Source: Octopus sinensis
Taxonomy: Eukaryota
Length of the DNA: 64,000 nucleotides
Reading direction: 5' to 3'
Assembly: GCF_006345805.1 (NCBI RefSeq)
Contig: NC_043001.1
Location: 105,028,001-105,092,000, forward strand
The translations under genes were made by a program, and so were the position numbers. Below are positions 26,863 through 40,609 of the stretch, in pieces (positions within the stretch are counted from its first letter, which is position 1; the number at the start of each line of letters is the position of its first letter). The notes beneath the pieces are model-generated. The model had not been told where the DNA came from, ran no database searches, and saw nothing but the letters and a program-made list of their open reading frames with translations.

Positions 26863-27728
26863 TACTTCTGAAAAGAAATGCCGCACAACGTAACACCAGC
26901 TGGAGATTATTGGACAATTGGAAGCCTTTTCTTATGAGCTGTAAGAAGAGCAAGCTTTACTTAGCAGAAGAAAATTATTAAGTAATTTCTTTCCCACAAG
27001 GGTCTTACTGAACACTAAAAACGAGATGTTTTCCCCTTGTATTCACAATGGGAAATATATCTTAGCCAACTGGTAAGTTCCATCCGAGCAGTAATATTTG
27101 GCTATTAATTAAATAAGAAATCTTTCATCATAAACATGTTATTCATCCACCAGCGTTTATGCCCGCCCATACATATGCATATTCGCGCACATACTTCTTC
27201 TCGAAGACATCCCCATCTCTTTCTCCGTTCTCTATCTTTTTTCCTCACTTTCTTCACTTCTACAATACCCCGTCTCAAGTCAATCACTATATATACAAAC
27301 AAAGTGGATGGACAGTCGATTCTTGAGTGATGACATATACAGCCATGAACTAGACAAATCTAAGGGGCATTACTCGTTGAGGCTTAAGCATCAAGACCTC
27401 TGTTTCCGAATATTTTATCTTCTTTCCTACCTAAGTTTCTTTCGAGTTTATATGCATTTTAAAAACCTGTAAAAACAAATGTGGTCTTTTGGGGATTCCG
27501 ACCGAATAAGAAGTAGCCGAAGCTTTACACTTCCCTTCTGTCATGTCTGATGTCTGGTAGTTTATCTTTCTGCATTTGGAAGGGTTTTTTAAACATGAAA
27601 CCGTACGATGAGATGAACCGCCGAATAGACGAAATTTATGATATTGTGTAAATGAGACTCATACACACACATGCTGACACACACTTACACCACACACTAA
27701 TACACACACTGACCTACACACAAGGTAC

Positions 27729-27778
<50 letters not shown>

Positions 27779-27781
<3 letters not shown>

Positions 27782-27953
27782 AGATCGTTAGTCACTACAC
27801 ACATTTTTTTCTCTCCTTGTTTTTTCTGTGTCCCTTTCTGTAGAAGAGCGTAGGCTCGAAACGTAAAATACTTTTCTATTCCTGAGCGTTATACTAATAC
27901 ATCTGTTTTTTGTACACCACCTGTCTTCATCTTTTGTTTTTTTCGTAAACTCT

Positions 27954-27957
<4 letters not shown>
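27779..27957 (+). mobile_element. ~180-bp PLE-like terminus between two (TA)n arrays, with variant hammerhead
   Basis: TTT-CTGTAGA-A-GAGC gtag GCTC-GAAA-CGTA-AAA at 27835-27868; related to the 21.2-kb element. Confidence 0.65.
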
Positions 27958-28015
<58 letters not shown>

Positions 28016-28099
28016 AATGTACATTATACATATATCGTACTATAAATAAGTGAACGTGATGAAAATAAGACTACATAACTAAAGCTCCAAAAAAACAAT

Positions 28100-28133
<34 letters not shown>

Positions 28134-28504
28134 AACTCTCTGTCTCTCTCTCATTCAAGCATATGTGCTTATGTTTATGCATAGTTATCTTTAGTAATAT
28201 CCTATGCTCATGGGTTCATGGAGTTTCCTTAAGAGAGAGAGAGAAAGAGAGAGTGTGTGTACGTGTGTGTGTGAGAGCAGATGCTTGAATGTGTGTGCGT
28301 TGAATGAGCAATAGTGTAGTGCTACAAACGTGTGACATCGATGTATGTCTACATATTCGAAGCAGTGTGTCACTCACCTGTATCAAGAGTTTCACCTTTC
28401 GGCAGCGTTCTATGATCTGCTGTATCACACTATTCCATTACAAGCTAGCACAAATTGATTGTCGATTAATTCAAACCCAGAAACTACGTGATTAGTAATT
28501 TACG

Positions 28505-28631
28505 TTATCGATACCGAAATCATAAAAAGGTAAAGCTGACTTCGACGGACATGAGATGAGACTGCAAAGAGCCGTACCAGACACCGCAAGCGATTTTGTC
28601 CGACATTTTAGCGACGATGCCAACCGACGCC
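28505..28631 (-). mobile_element. SINE family C head fragment, diverged
   Basis: Loose homology to 18722 head. Confidence 0.5.
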
Positions 28632-28919
28632 ATAGTATTTTGGCTGAAAATATTTGAAAGTAAACACCACTGAAATGTAAATTAATTCATACGCTTCATA
28701 AGCACACTTGATAGAATATCTCTCTTTGCAAGAGGTTGTTCTAAATATAGTTTATCGAATTTGTTGATACTGCCTTTCATTTCGGTCGCTCTCTATCTCT
28801 ATCACAGCTGTATCTCTTGGGTACTTTTAAAATTCATTTTCTAGCAACTTTCATTTTACCAATTCCTCCCTTCTCCCACTCTTTCCCCCACTTTCGCACT
28901 ACATATTCATATTTATATA

Positions 28920-29485
28920 TTGGGATGTCCGGAAAGTTCGTGCCGATTTATAGTAGCTTACATTTCGACTTATTTTAGAACATGGTTGAGTCCATAAAAT
29001 AGGATTTGACTAAACCTCCATTTAGAGCACAGCTTAAGTTATCTTTTCGTGGAAGAAGGTTTATGTTCCTATAACGTGTGTTAATTCTGTAACCCTTTAA
29101 AATGGAAGATAAAAAAGTTCATTTTCGGCATTTGATGATTTGGGAACCAGACAAAAGTTGCTGCAGCTCGGCTGGGATGTGTTACCCCATCCTCAATATT
29201 CACCAGATATTGCTCCTTCGGATTTTGACTTATTCAGGTCTCTGCAGAATAGTCTTAATGGTAAAAATTTCAATTCCTTGGATGACGTAAAAAGATACCT
29301 TGATGAATTCTTTGCCATGAAACCCCCTCAATTCTGGGAAGATGGCATTTCCAAGTTAAAGGAAAGCTGGAAATGCATTGTGCAACAAAATGTTTCATAT
29401 TTGGTTGATTAAAAATGTAACGGCAAGTATTTATCGACCTTTTTCTTTCTTTTAAAATTGGGAACGAACTTTCCGGACAACCCAA
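28920..29485 (+). mobile_element. Internally deleted mariner
   Basis: TIRs TTGGGATGTCCGGAAAGTTCG / CGAACTTTCCGGACAACCCAA, TA on both sides; N-terminal MEDKKVHFRHLM joined to C-terminal WDVLPHPQYSPDIAPSDFDLF. Confidence 0.93.
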
Positions 29486-29735
29486 TATATAAATGGACTG
29501 ACCATAACCCATCCCCATTACCCATATGGATTCAGCAACCTGTTGACCAAAACTAACGAAAGCTAATACAGTATCATGGTCACTACTCGGAGATTTACTA
29601 CCTTTAGTACCAACGCCTATCTTAACTATTAATATAAACTTTCACTCCCGTAATGGGGACCATAATCTCAAGCCCTCAACTGTAAACATATCCTATGTTT
29701 ATATGTATGTGTATATTTATATATATATATATATG

Positions 29736-30106
29736 TCTTTTAGTCTCTTTTACTTGTTTCAGTCATTTGACTGCGGCCATGCTGGAGCACCGCCTTTAGT
29801 CGAGCAAATCGACCCCAGGACTTATTCTTTGTAAATCTAGTACTTATTCTATCGGTCTCTTTTGCTGTACCGCTAAGTTATGGGGACGTAAACATACCAG
29901 CATCGGTTGTCAAGCGATGTTTGGGGGACAAACACAGGCACATAAACATATACAAATACATACATATATATATATATATACATATATCCGACGGGCTTCT
30001 TTCAGTTTCCGTCTACAAAATCCACTCACAAGGCGTTGGTCGGCCCGAAGCTATAGCAGAAGAAACTTTCCCAAGGTGCCACGCAGTGGGACTGAACCCG
30101 GAACCA
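29736..30106 (-). mobile_element. SINE family A, head truncated
   Basis: Homology. Confidence 0.9.
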
Positions 30107-30241
30107 ATAATTAGATGTTATAAGTTTACAAAAAGTGGCTCTGATAGGGTAGCCATTTCTACTCATTTTTTAGATATATAATACTGTACCAAGGACTTTC
30201 TATTTCCTATTCTGTTATATATGCACACACACACATGCATA

Positions 30242-30309
<68 letters not shown>

Positions 30310-30374
30310 CACACACCGTTCGTTCCGCTTTGATTGCAAGCGTTTAAATATATCTATATTCATTGTACATCGTA

Positions 30375-31732
30375 CATTCAAAATCCCCTGTTTTCTTCTC
30401 TTACGCTAAAATAATCTAAAGATTGCTATTTTAGAATTCTATTATTTTCCCAGAGATATTTATTTCCCCCTCTATTATATTAATAAGCAATGAAGAAACT
30501 TCTCCATATTCTTATAATGATACAAGCTTCTTTAGATCGATTTATACCATGATATTTCTAGAATTTATGATTCCAAATGCAAAATAGACCAATAACGTTA
30601 GTCTAAAGCTCTGAGAAAGTTAGAGAAAGAAATTGAATACCTCCGTGTATATTTTTATTTAGTTGCTTGCGGACATCTTCCAGTTTGAATTGTCTGCCAT
30701 CTATCAGTCTTTCAAACATCTTCTTCTGCAGTTCCTATATTTCACAGTTTATTGATTTAAAGACAAACTCTTATATATATTATATATATTTCGATAATTT
30801 TGCACCCTGAAATTCCTCAAAGCGTGTAGATATTTCTGAGAAAAATAACCTTTATACGTTTATTCTATCACAAGAATTCAGGAAATTGGTTTTTCATTTG
30901 TATGTCCCTCATAGTACTGGAATAGCGTGTGACAAATCGTATATTTTCAGTTAATATGTATGGAAATCCCTAAGGTGTTTGCACGACACAACTTTCTTCT
31001 CTATTTTAACCGATTTCTTTTGATAAGAGACCCGGAATTTTTTAAGATAAAAAAATGACAATATTCTATTTTCTCCCCATTTGCTCTCTGTATTGAGTTC
31101 GTTCAAATGTTCAATTTCTCACATCAGTGTCTGTAAATGAGAATATACATATTTTTTTGTTGTGGTGTAACTTGATATCAGTTGCGAACATAGATTATAA
31201 CTTTATCGTCATAACTTGCTAGACAGAACCATCAGATATCTCTGATATGTGCAACGAATAAAATATCTAGGTGTCCACTCATGATAACTGTTCATATTTC
31301 TTTATGGTCGATAAAATGTGTGCGAAAATATTGAAATATATCTTTAATAATTTGTCTTCAGATGAACAATATGTGGAATATAGGGAGTGTATAAAGAGAT
31401 ATTTGGAAAGACTACTGAATCAAGACCATTTCAAACTTAAAGATGCTTACAGGCCAATTAGTAAAAATATATTCAATTTCTTTCTCAATACGTTTGTACT
31501 TTGTGCCAATATTATTGGTCTATTTTGCGTTTGGAATCACAAACTCTGGAAAAATGGTGAAAATCGAAGTAAAGAAGTCTGTGTTATTATGACAATATGA
31601 AGTAATGTCTGCAATGTTTATTGATATAATGGAGGGGAAACGAAATATCATTGGAAAATAATATACACAATTTTAAAATGACAATCTTTAGAATAATTTA
31701 GTGTGAGAGAGGAAAAGAGCCGATTTGGAATG
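30375..31732. other. Old inverted duplication (~410-430-bp arms) with possible coding remnant
   Basis: 30375-30805 (minus) aligns with 31320-31732 (plus), the latter inside ORF 31271-31600. Confidence 0.7.
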
Positions 31733-31814
31733 TTCGAGTTATTTAATGTTTGCTGTGGAAATTGAGTTACATACACAAATACAGACAGACACACACACAA
31801 ACACACATATAGCT

Positions 31815-31945
31815 AAAGGGGGAAGCAGAGCAGATACCAAAAACTATAGGCCTATCTCTCTGACTTCACACATCAGCAAAGTCGTTGAACGGATAGTCAG
31901 AGGGAAACTAATCGCATTCCTTGAAGAAAATAATTTGCTGAGTGA
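31815..31945 (+). mobile_element. CR1/L2-like reverse transcriptase fragment
   Basis: KGGSRADTKNYRPISLTSHISKVVERIV..LEENNLLS. Confidence 0.85.
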
Positions 31946-32401
31946 TACCCTGCGGCTCAGTGGCTACCGATGATGTTGACTTGTTCTTCTTTTCGGATTA
32001 TGGCTGCTGTTGCTTAGTGAGTGGGATTGATTCAGTGCACAGCCTTTCCTCACTTTAAAAAAAATCTTCTTGCGCAGGCATTGCACGATAACAACATTGA
32101 TTAAGCTTCGTGCAATGGCCATACTCGATAACGAGGGGACAGCCACCATATATGTATGTATACAAACTTCACATTTTATTTCTCTGAAGAGCAGAAGTAT
32201 TGTCTATAAATCTTTATCAATATAGGATTCCATTATCTAGACAATTCTTTTGCGAAACGATCGTAAGATGCTTTAAAAACTTAATTTTAAACTATTAAAT
32301 TTTAAACTGTCACATTTATCATTATTATATATTTATACTTATACATATTTACCTATATTTATATATATATTTATATTTTTAATGCAATAATTATTCTACC
32401 C

Positions 32402-32456
<55 letters not shown>

Positions 32457-32711
32457 TATATATATATTATATATATATCTTTCTGAAGAATGTTTCTGAT
32501 GTTAATTTGCTGATATTATTGTATTTCACAATATTATTATATATTATATATAATTGCTCGTATTAAATGTATAAATACTTTAATAGAATTAATACTTTGT
32601 GACAAAAGAGCACTCACTGTAAATTCAGTATATAATATACTTATAGAATGTATTTAACTAAAGATTTATATGTATGTATGTATTATGTATATATATGTGT
32701 ATATATATATA

Positions 32712-32953
32712 TTCTCTCTTTTACTCTTTTAGTTGTTTCAGTCATTTGACTGCGGCCATGCTGGAGCACCGCCTTTAGTCGAGCAAATCGATCCCGGGAC
32801 TTATTCTTTGTAAGCCAGTACTTATTTGTAAGCCAGTACTTATTCTATCGGTCTCTTTTGCCGAACCGCTAAGTGACGGGGACGTAAACACACCAGCATC
32901 GGTTGTCAAGCAATGCTAGAGGGACAAACACAGACACACAAACATATACACAC

Positions 32954-32984
<31 letters not shown>

Positions 32985-33149
32985 AGACAGGCTTCTTTCA
33001 GTTTCCGTCTACCAAATCCACTCACAAGGCTTTGGTCGGCCCGAGGCTATAGCAGAAGACACTTTCCCAAGATGCCACGCAGTGGGACTGAACCCAGAAC
33101 CATGTGGTTGGTAGGCAAGCTACTTACCACACAGCCACTCCTGCGCCTA
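32712..33149 (-). mobile_element. SINE family A, full length, with 18-bp internal tandem duplication
   Basis: Near consensus; TTTGTAAGCCAGTACTTA occurs twice. Confidence 0.92.
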
Positions 33150-34319
33150 TATATTTATTATATATATATATATTCAAGTATGTGTAAGCATATAGGTCAG
33201 TTGACCTGGAGGCTAATAAACAAATACATAAAGAAGATATTTAGAAGTACTTACTACAAGATGTGGCAGCGAACTGGAATCTGTTGAGATTATATTTTAT
33301 GAGTTACAATGGTGAAATCGAATCCAATGCAACAATACTGAATGTATATCCTGTTATTGAATAGGTAGGTACTGTGAATGTAAATGTGAACAGTTCATCG
33401 CAAGTCTAGTAGTAAGCAGGAGAGTCGTCGCTGAAAACAATGATACGCAAAGTAATAGATTTCTTCGATTTTTAGCGCAATATCAAAAGTCAGTTTAGCT
33501 GACTTTGTGTCTGTCTTTAGTAATGCTCAAAAGACCACGTGCGTACAGTCATGTAAGATAATGAAAATTGCAATTATACGATATTCAAACATAAATGGCA
33601 TGAAGCCACTGCCGAGGACATACATCATTATATGGTTCAGTCGGAGCTGGATTAGGTAATTGATGGTCAGTTTGTGTTTGCTTGGATACAATATACAATT
33701 TAACGAGACGTTGGCTCGTCCGACTGCTTCATCTAAATCTCGTTACCATTAGAAACAATTTATCACAATTTATAGTATTTTTTTTCTTTTCGATATTTTG
33801 TATTATGGACAACGTCATATGAAATGCAATTCCTTTTATTGGCTTAAGAAGTAAACCGTTAGTTAGCATCTCGATATATTAGAAAGTGTAGTGAAAAATT
33901 CTTCAAATCAACCCACTGTTTCGTACAAATTAGAAGGCACATTTGATATACTACATTCAACAGTTTGTCCCCCCAAACAAAAAGACCTCAAAACAACACG
34001 GATGGTCACAAATAGAACGTCTTTGATCGTAGATTTGATGGGTTGAAACAACGAGAACAAAACAAAAGCCAACTTTATTTCAATTTTAGCATCCGACGGT
34101 CGATAGATCAAGTACCAGTTGCGTATATAAGCGTACATGTGTGTATACGTTAGGATTATACGTATATTTGTGAGTGGAAGAGTCTATATGATTCTGTGTA
34201 CTTGTATATACGTATAAGTAAGGTTATATGTGCATATATGTATCTAAGATGAATCTATTCACCGTGAGACGGTGGTGAGAGGGACAAACGCTCACACACA
34301 CACACATATATATGTGTGT

Positions 34320-34340
34320 GTCTCTATATATGTATGTATG

Positions 34341-34374
<34 letters not shown>

Positions 34375-34815
34375 TGTATGTGTGTGTGTGTGTGTGTGTA
34401 TACAACCTTCAACAGAGTAACAGACATGTATGCAACTTGAACAGCCACATATCAGTACATAAACATACGTTCACATGTCTATCTATACACATGTACACAC
34501 ACACACAGACACGACTACAGACTTACCTGAATACTCACGTACATACGTAAGAACATACGTACATACGTACATACATACATACTTACATATATACATATAT
34601 GCGTATAGGCATGCACACATGCATGCACATGTACATATATGCATACGCACATACATGTACACATACATAATACACACATACATACATACATACATACATA
34701 CATACATACATACATACATACATACATACATACATACATACATACATACATACATACATACATACATACATACGTACATACATACATACATACATACATA
34801 CATACATACGTACAT
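34320..34815. repeat. (TATG)n/(CATA)n/(CA)n microsatellite complex
   Basis: Direct reading. Confidence 0.9.
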
Positions 34816-34991
34816 ATATATCATGAACTAACTGTTACTTTCTCAGATGCAGTGTGGAATTTTGTCAGTGAACAGGTCGCAGTCTCAAAGCGACGAAAAT
34901 ATTTTGGCAAATTAAATTGAAATGTTGAAGTGAATCTAACGGTTTTTGTGTGGTTCTTAAACGGCTTATAAACACCTTCCACGCTGCAATT

Positions 34992-35038
<47 letters not shown>

Positions 35039-35474
35039 CACACACACACACACACAGGCACACACAAATATGTGCGCATGTGTGTTTGTATGTGTATGTA
35101 TGTACATATACATCTCCGCACATGTTTTTCGAACCTTAAAGGGTCGCACATATCGAGAAACTACGAGTAGTTGTGGAGTATCTTTTGAGGAAGAAAGAAA
35201 ATCTTCTAAATGCATTGGGTACCTATAGATTTCCACCCGACGTGCACACACACACTCGCACACCTTCTCACACATGCACACACATTAACATACGCACACA
35301 CATATTTATCTGTCTATTTATTCGCATGTCTATTTATTCGCATGTCTGTATATGCCGTATGCTTAAAAAAATATCGAATCTCAAACACAAAAGTATATGG
35401 AAATAATCGTGGAAAACATAATGGAAACACTTGGAAAACAAGATATACTCTCAAGTATTGAAGCAGAAAAACGT

Positions 35475-35550
<76 letters not shown>

Positions 35551-36169
35551 TGAAAGAGAGACGGACAGAGGGTGATGAGAGAGACTTTAATGATAAGATA
35601 CCGTATATTTATTTAATGTGTATAATAGGTATTTTCGTTGAAATTATCCGTCAAAGTGTCAACACTAATGTTACATTTCTGAAATATGTTACTACGTGAC
35701 ATGTTTATCATTTACTCTACAGAAATGATTTTTATAAGATGTTTTAATGGCTTAATTCATTGAATCACTGTGTGGTTCATATTTATTTTCTTCGCAGTCA
35801 ACTTTGTGTCAGAAATCCGATAATTAAAGCGTACTTCGGTGAAATGAGGTGGAATTAATGTTTCATATATGTGTGTTGGAAAGAATCCAGTGCAGTCATG
35901 CTATGCAGAAGTGATAAAGACGAGATTACTTGCTACGTTCACGTTTGGCATTCATTATTCGAGGGGCGCGTATTATACATTTCTATTCACATCTATAATG
36001 CTTGCCATGAATATTAAATTCTTTGTAATATTTGACTTCTAGCTTATTTTATCGACCCTATCGGAAGGATAGCAGGCCAAGCTGATACCCGTGAAATTTG
36101 AAATCAAATTAAACAGACGTTATTCACGATAGATTCAGTCAATGTAATATCAGATTACCACAGTTTCGA

Positions 36170-36480
36170 CCAGATCATCAGATGCTCTTATACAACACGG
36201 GTGACAACGTGCTTCCAATACTGCCTTGATTTGCCACTCTTTTCCCTCTTGACCCAAATTACTTGAATAAAAGCCTTCCAAGGGTCCGAAATATCTGTTA
36301 GATACCACTCAGTAACTGCAAGGGTCCACCTGTTGTCTGTGAACCTTGTGACATGTCCGGCCTAGCGGAACTTGTGATTCCGGTACTCTACGTTCACATC
36401 GTCCACTCCGCTCCGTTTCAGAATGATCTCATTTGGAATGTACTCTCTTAATGATATTTCAAACATGATTCTTTACATGA
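36170..36480 (-). mobile_element. RTE-like LINE 3' ORF fragment
   Basis: KFR*AGHVTRFTDNRWTLAVTEWY resembles the RTE C-terminal WAGHV.R..D.RW..V.EW motif. Confidence 0.7.
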
Positions 36481-37667
36481 ACATTTGCGTCGCAGCCTAT
36501 TGATATTCTATACTCTTAATATTACTACCATGTAATGTACCAGTAATATATTGGTATTTCTTCATTGAGCTGTAGTATTCCCCGAAGAAATAAGTTTTTG
36601 TGCTGAAGGAATGAAATCAACTCATTGAAACTAATGGCGCATATCTAGAGTAAGATGTAGTTCGTAAAACGTTAACCTTAAGCGTAATAGATTTGTACTT
36701 CGAAGCTGCTTGTAGATGGTATAACATAGCATATGTTTGTATATTCGGATATATTTATGATAGTAGAATGTCTTTTATCTGTCGAAAGAATAGATAAAGT
36801 GAAAAACAATCACCAACAGAATGTGAAAACAGAATTAATGCAAAAGACTACGTTCGGCAGTTATTCATTTGACGAACACCGCAATTTGTCACAGAACTGA
36901 GACGTAATAATTATTGTGTCAAACTTGTTGATCTTCAGGGCATTTCGTGTTTTAAACAAGAAAGATGAGAATACATTTAGAAGATTTAAAAGACTTTTAA
37001 TATGGAAAATATTTACACAGCCTTCTGTTTAACGAACAAAACACTATATTTCCCTAAAAGCATAGCATTCTCTTTAAGAATACTGCTTTCTCCAGCAGAG
37101 AAATACTTCACCTATTATTGAAGAAAATCGTTAAAAGCACTTTCTTGCGTATTCGACTGATGTATATAACAGTAATGTAATTTTAGCTCGTTTCTTTCAT
37201 TAAAATAGATATGTGCAAACCGATAATTAGTATATCAATTTCATTTTCAATTTTTGATTATTCTTCGCTACTTTAAAATATTTTGGTTCAAAATTAATCT
37301 CTTAGAAATAGGCTTCGTATTTCTGTCCCAAATGAATTTGAATTGTATTTACTAAAATAGCACAAATTCAAATTTTCCTTTGTTGTCTATTTTTAAGTTT
37401 ACTGATCAATGAAGATTAAAATGTGCTTTTGTAATTATTTCTAAACCAGTCGGATTTGTATTTTATATATAAGAAACGGTAAATCTTGTAAATGATTTAC
37501 CTAAAGAAAATGTATCTGTTTGTATTCCACAATCACACATTCAGAGATTTGTTCGTTTTCTCTATTAACTAAGAGAACATATGAATCCATGAAATTATTA
37601 CAAATAGATAAACATACATACATACATACATATAGACATACATACTTACATACATACATACGTATAT

Positions 37668-37979
37668 GGTGGCCTGTGTGTTAAAAAGCTTGCTTCCTAA
37701 CAACATGGTTTCGGGTTCAGTTCCACTGCGTGGCAACTTGGGCAAGTCTCTTCTTGTATAGCCTCAAGCCAACCAAAGCTTTGTGAGTGGATTTAGTAGA
37801 GGAAAACTGAAAGAAGCTTGTCATATATATATATATATGTGTGTGTGTGTGTATGTATATATGTTTGTATATATGTAGCTATGTATGTATCAATTGATAA
37901 CCGGTGTTGGTGTGTTTATGTACACGTAACTTAGAAGTTCAGCAAAATCATCCGATAGAATAAGTACTAGGCTTACAAG
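37668..37979 (+). mobile_element. SINE family A, 3'-truncated
   Basis: Homology; abuts the PLE end. Confidence 0.85.
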
Positions 37980-38762
37980 TGCCCGGGGGCAATTATACAG
38001 TGAATTTTTTAGGGCTTATACATCTAATTGTTTCCTATCCTTCCTTTATACCGGTTCCCATATGCTGCTCATATCTGCACTCGGTCTGCTCAGAAGGTTA
38101 TTATGTCCTAGCATATGTGCTGCTTATCTTAGTTTTCGTATTTTCCGGTGTTGTTCTCTGTCTATTATTCTAATTTCATGTCACAGGGGGGGGGTAGTCT
38201 TCATTTTCCCATACATGATCAGCTATACCCGATTTATCAATATCTCTTCGTGTCACAGCTTTGCGATGTTCTACCCTTATTTTGAGGGGGCGACATGTTT
38301 CGCCTTTGTATAACCTACCACAGCTGCATAGGATGGAGTACAGGCAGATTTTGGTTATTTTCTCTTCTATTGGTGGTTTTGCTCGAAGGAGATATTTGCG
38401 AAGTGTTGTATTACTTTTCAATAGTGTCCTGATGCCATATGGGCCGCATGCATTTTGTATCTTTTCGGAGAGGCCTTTTACAAGGGGTAGACTGACTGTG
38501 GACAGTTTTTGGCCTCGTGCTCTCTCTTCTTCATAATTGGAGTGGATAGTATACTTTTGGGATAGTTGTTGCATAAGAGATCGTTATTGAGCTTGATCAT
38601 TTCTTCGTGGTGTGTATCACGATTGCTACTTATATTCTTTGTACAATGTTCTAGGAACTGAGCAATCCCTCTCTTTACACTGTATGGATGGTAGGAATTG
38701 AAGTTTAGGTATCGTCCTGTAAAGGCCGGTTTGCTTAGCCTTAACGCTTGTTGTCTCTTTAA
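37980..38762 (-). mobile_element. Penelope-like retroelement 3' part (RT thumb, GIY-YIG endonuclease, 3' UTR)
   Basis: KPAFTGRYLNFNSYHP..NNYPK thumb motif; CLYSILCSCGRLYKGETCRPLKIRVEH GIY-YIG-type motif in ORF 38176-38574; frameshifted; 5' end at (TA)n. Confidence 0.9.
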
Positions 38763-38767
38763 CAATA

Positions 38768-39300
<533 letters not shown>

Positions 39301-39694
39301 GTCGAACCAAGAAAGAAAGGTCAGGCTTGGCCGAACACCGGTCACGTGGAGAGAGAGGAAAGAGAGGTAGAGTCAGAGGGAAAGAAATATTAGAGAGGGA
39401 CGAGAAAAAAAGAAAAGGGACAGAGTGAAGTGAAAAAGGATGGAAGGTGAGAATGAAGAGAAAGACAAGAAATGTGAAAGAGGGAGAACGAAAGAAAGAA
39501 GAGTGGAAAGAAGGAAGTAAGTGTGAAGGGGCTGATAGAAAAAAAGAAAAAAATGAAAGAATAAGAGAGTGTATAAAATTTAGGTATATACATATGTACT
39601 TACATATAAGAGACCAAAGTGTACGTCCGCCGCCATATACACATAAGCATAAATAAATAAATAATGTAAAACGCAATGGAAGCATTGTTATATT

Positions 39695-40209
39695 AAACTA
39701 GCAGTATCGCCCGGCGTTGCTCGGGTTTGTAAGGGAAATAACTATATAAGCATTTTTAGAGAGTTACTTCCCTTATAGATGCCAATTCGGGCTTTCTTAG
39801 CCATTTCTGTTTTGGTGTCTTCAAGCCATGAAGTCGTTGTTCTAAAAGAACGCTGGTCTCCTTGACAACGCTTTACGACGTTGATTTCCTTACACTCCCT
39901 TCCCCACAGCTTCACGAGGGAGGGAATAAGGGGGAAAAGCAAACAGGTGCAGGTGTGACCATGGACGCCAACTCCGCCGCCATCAACACACGAAAAATTA
40001 TGCATTAAAATGGAATAAAAAATTGTTAAATTATTTTTAACATCGTAGACTCATCGTAGACGCGCGCTAATACTCAGACGGGCTCGATATGAATCACGAC
40101 TATAAGATACCCGAATTTGGTTAAACTGCACCGCAAAATGTGGGAGTAGTTAGGAATCTAAATCGAAGGGGACAGACACTCATACAACTACGGTTTTATA
40201 TATATAGAT
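39695..40209 (+). mobile_element. Non-autonomous Helitron/Helentron (DINE-1/HINE-like)
   Basis: 5' ACTAGC..CCCGGCGTTGCTCGGG hairpin and 3' ..GACAGACA..TTTTATATATATAGAT terminus. Confidence 0.7.
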
Positions 40210-40609
40210 TAGTGTTGTATATATCATATGCAACACATATATAGTATCGAAAACGGTGAAACTGCGATATTAATGCCAAGAAAGCATAAAAAGGTTAATA
40301 TTGTTCAAAATACGGAAATAGATCAGTAGTCGACGAAAAGTGTTTGTCAGCACCGGTAGATTTGCTAAATACGTATTAGGCTTCTTTCAGCGTCATCAGA
40401 TTCAGACAGCCAATAACAACACGTGCCATGGCAAATTTAACCATACTGATAAAAAAATCAACACAAAACAAAAACAACAAAAAATAGTCATTAATATACT
40501 ACTGGTGTCGCAATTAACCAGTAGAAATAACTATTTTGCCATAACGTATTTTCAACCTATATCCCCGACATTTTTTTTATTTTTCATGTTGTTTCTGATT
40601 TCCGTTTTT

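Noticed and set aside
31960-32148. Possible RTE 5' UTR with HDV-like ribozyme
   Set aside because: Could not fit the nested double pseudoknot by eye
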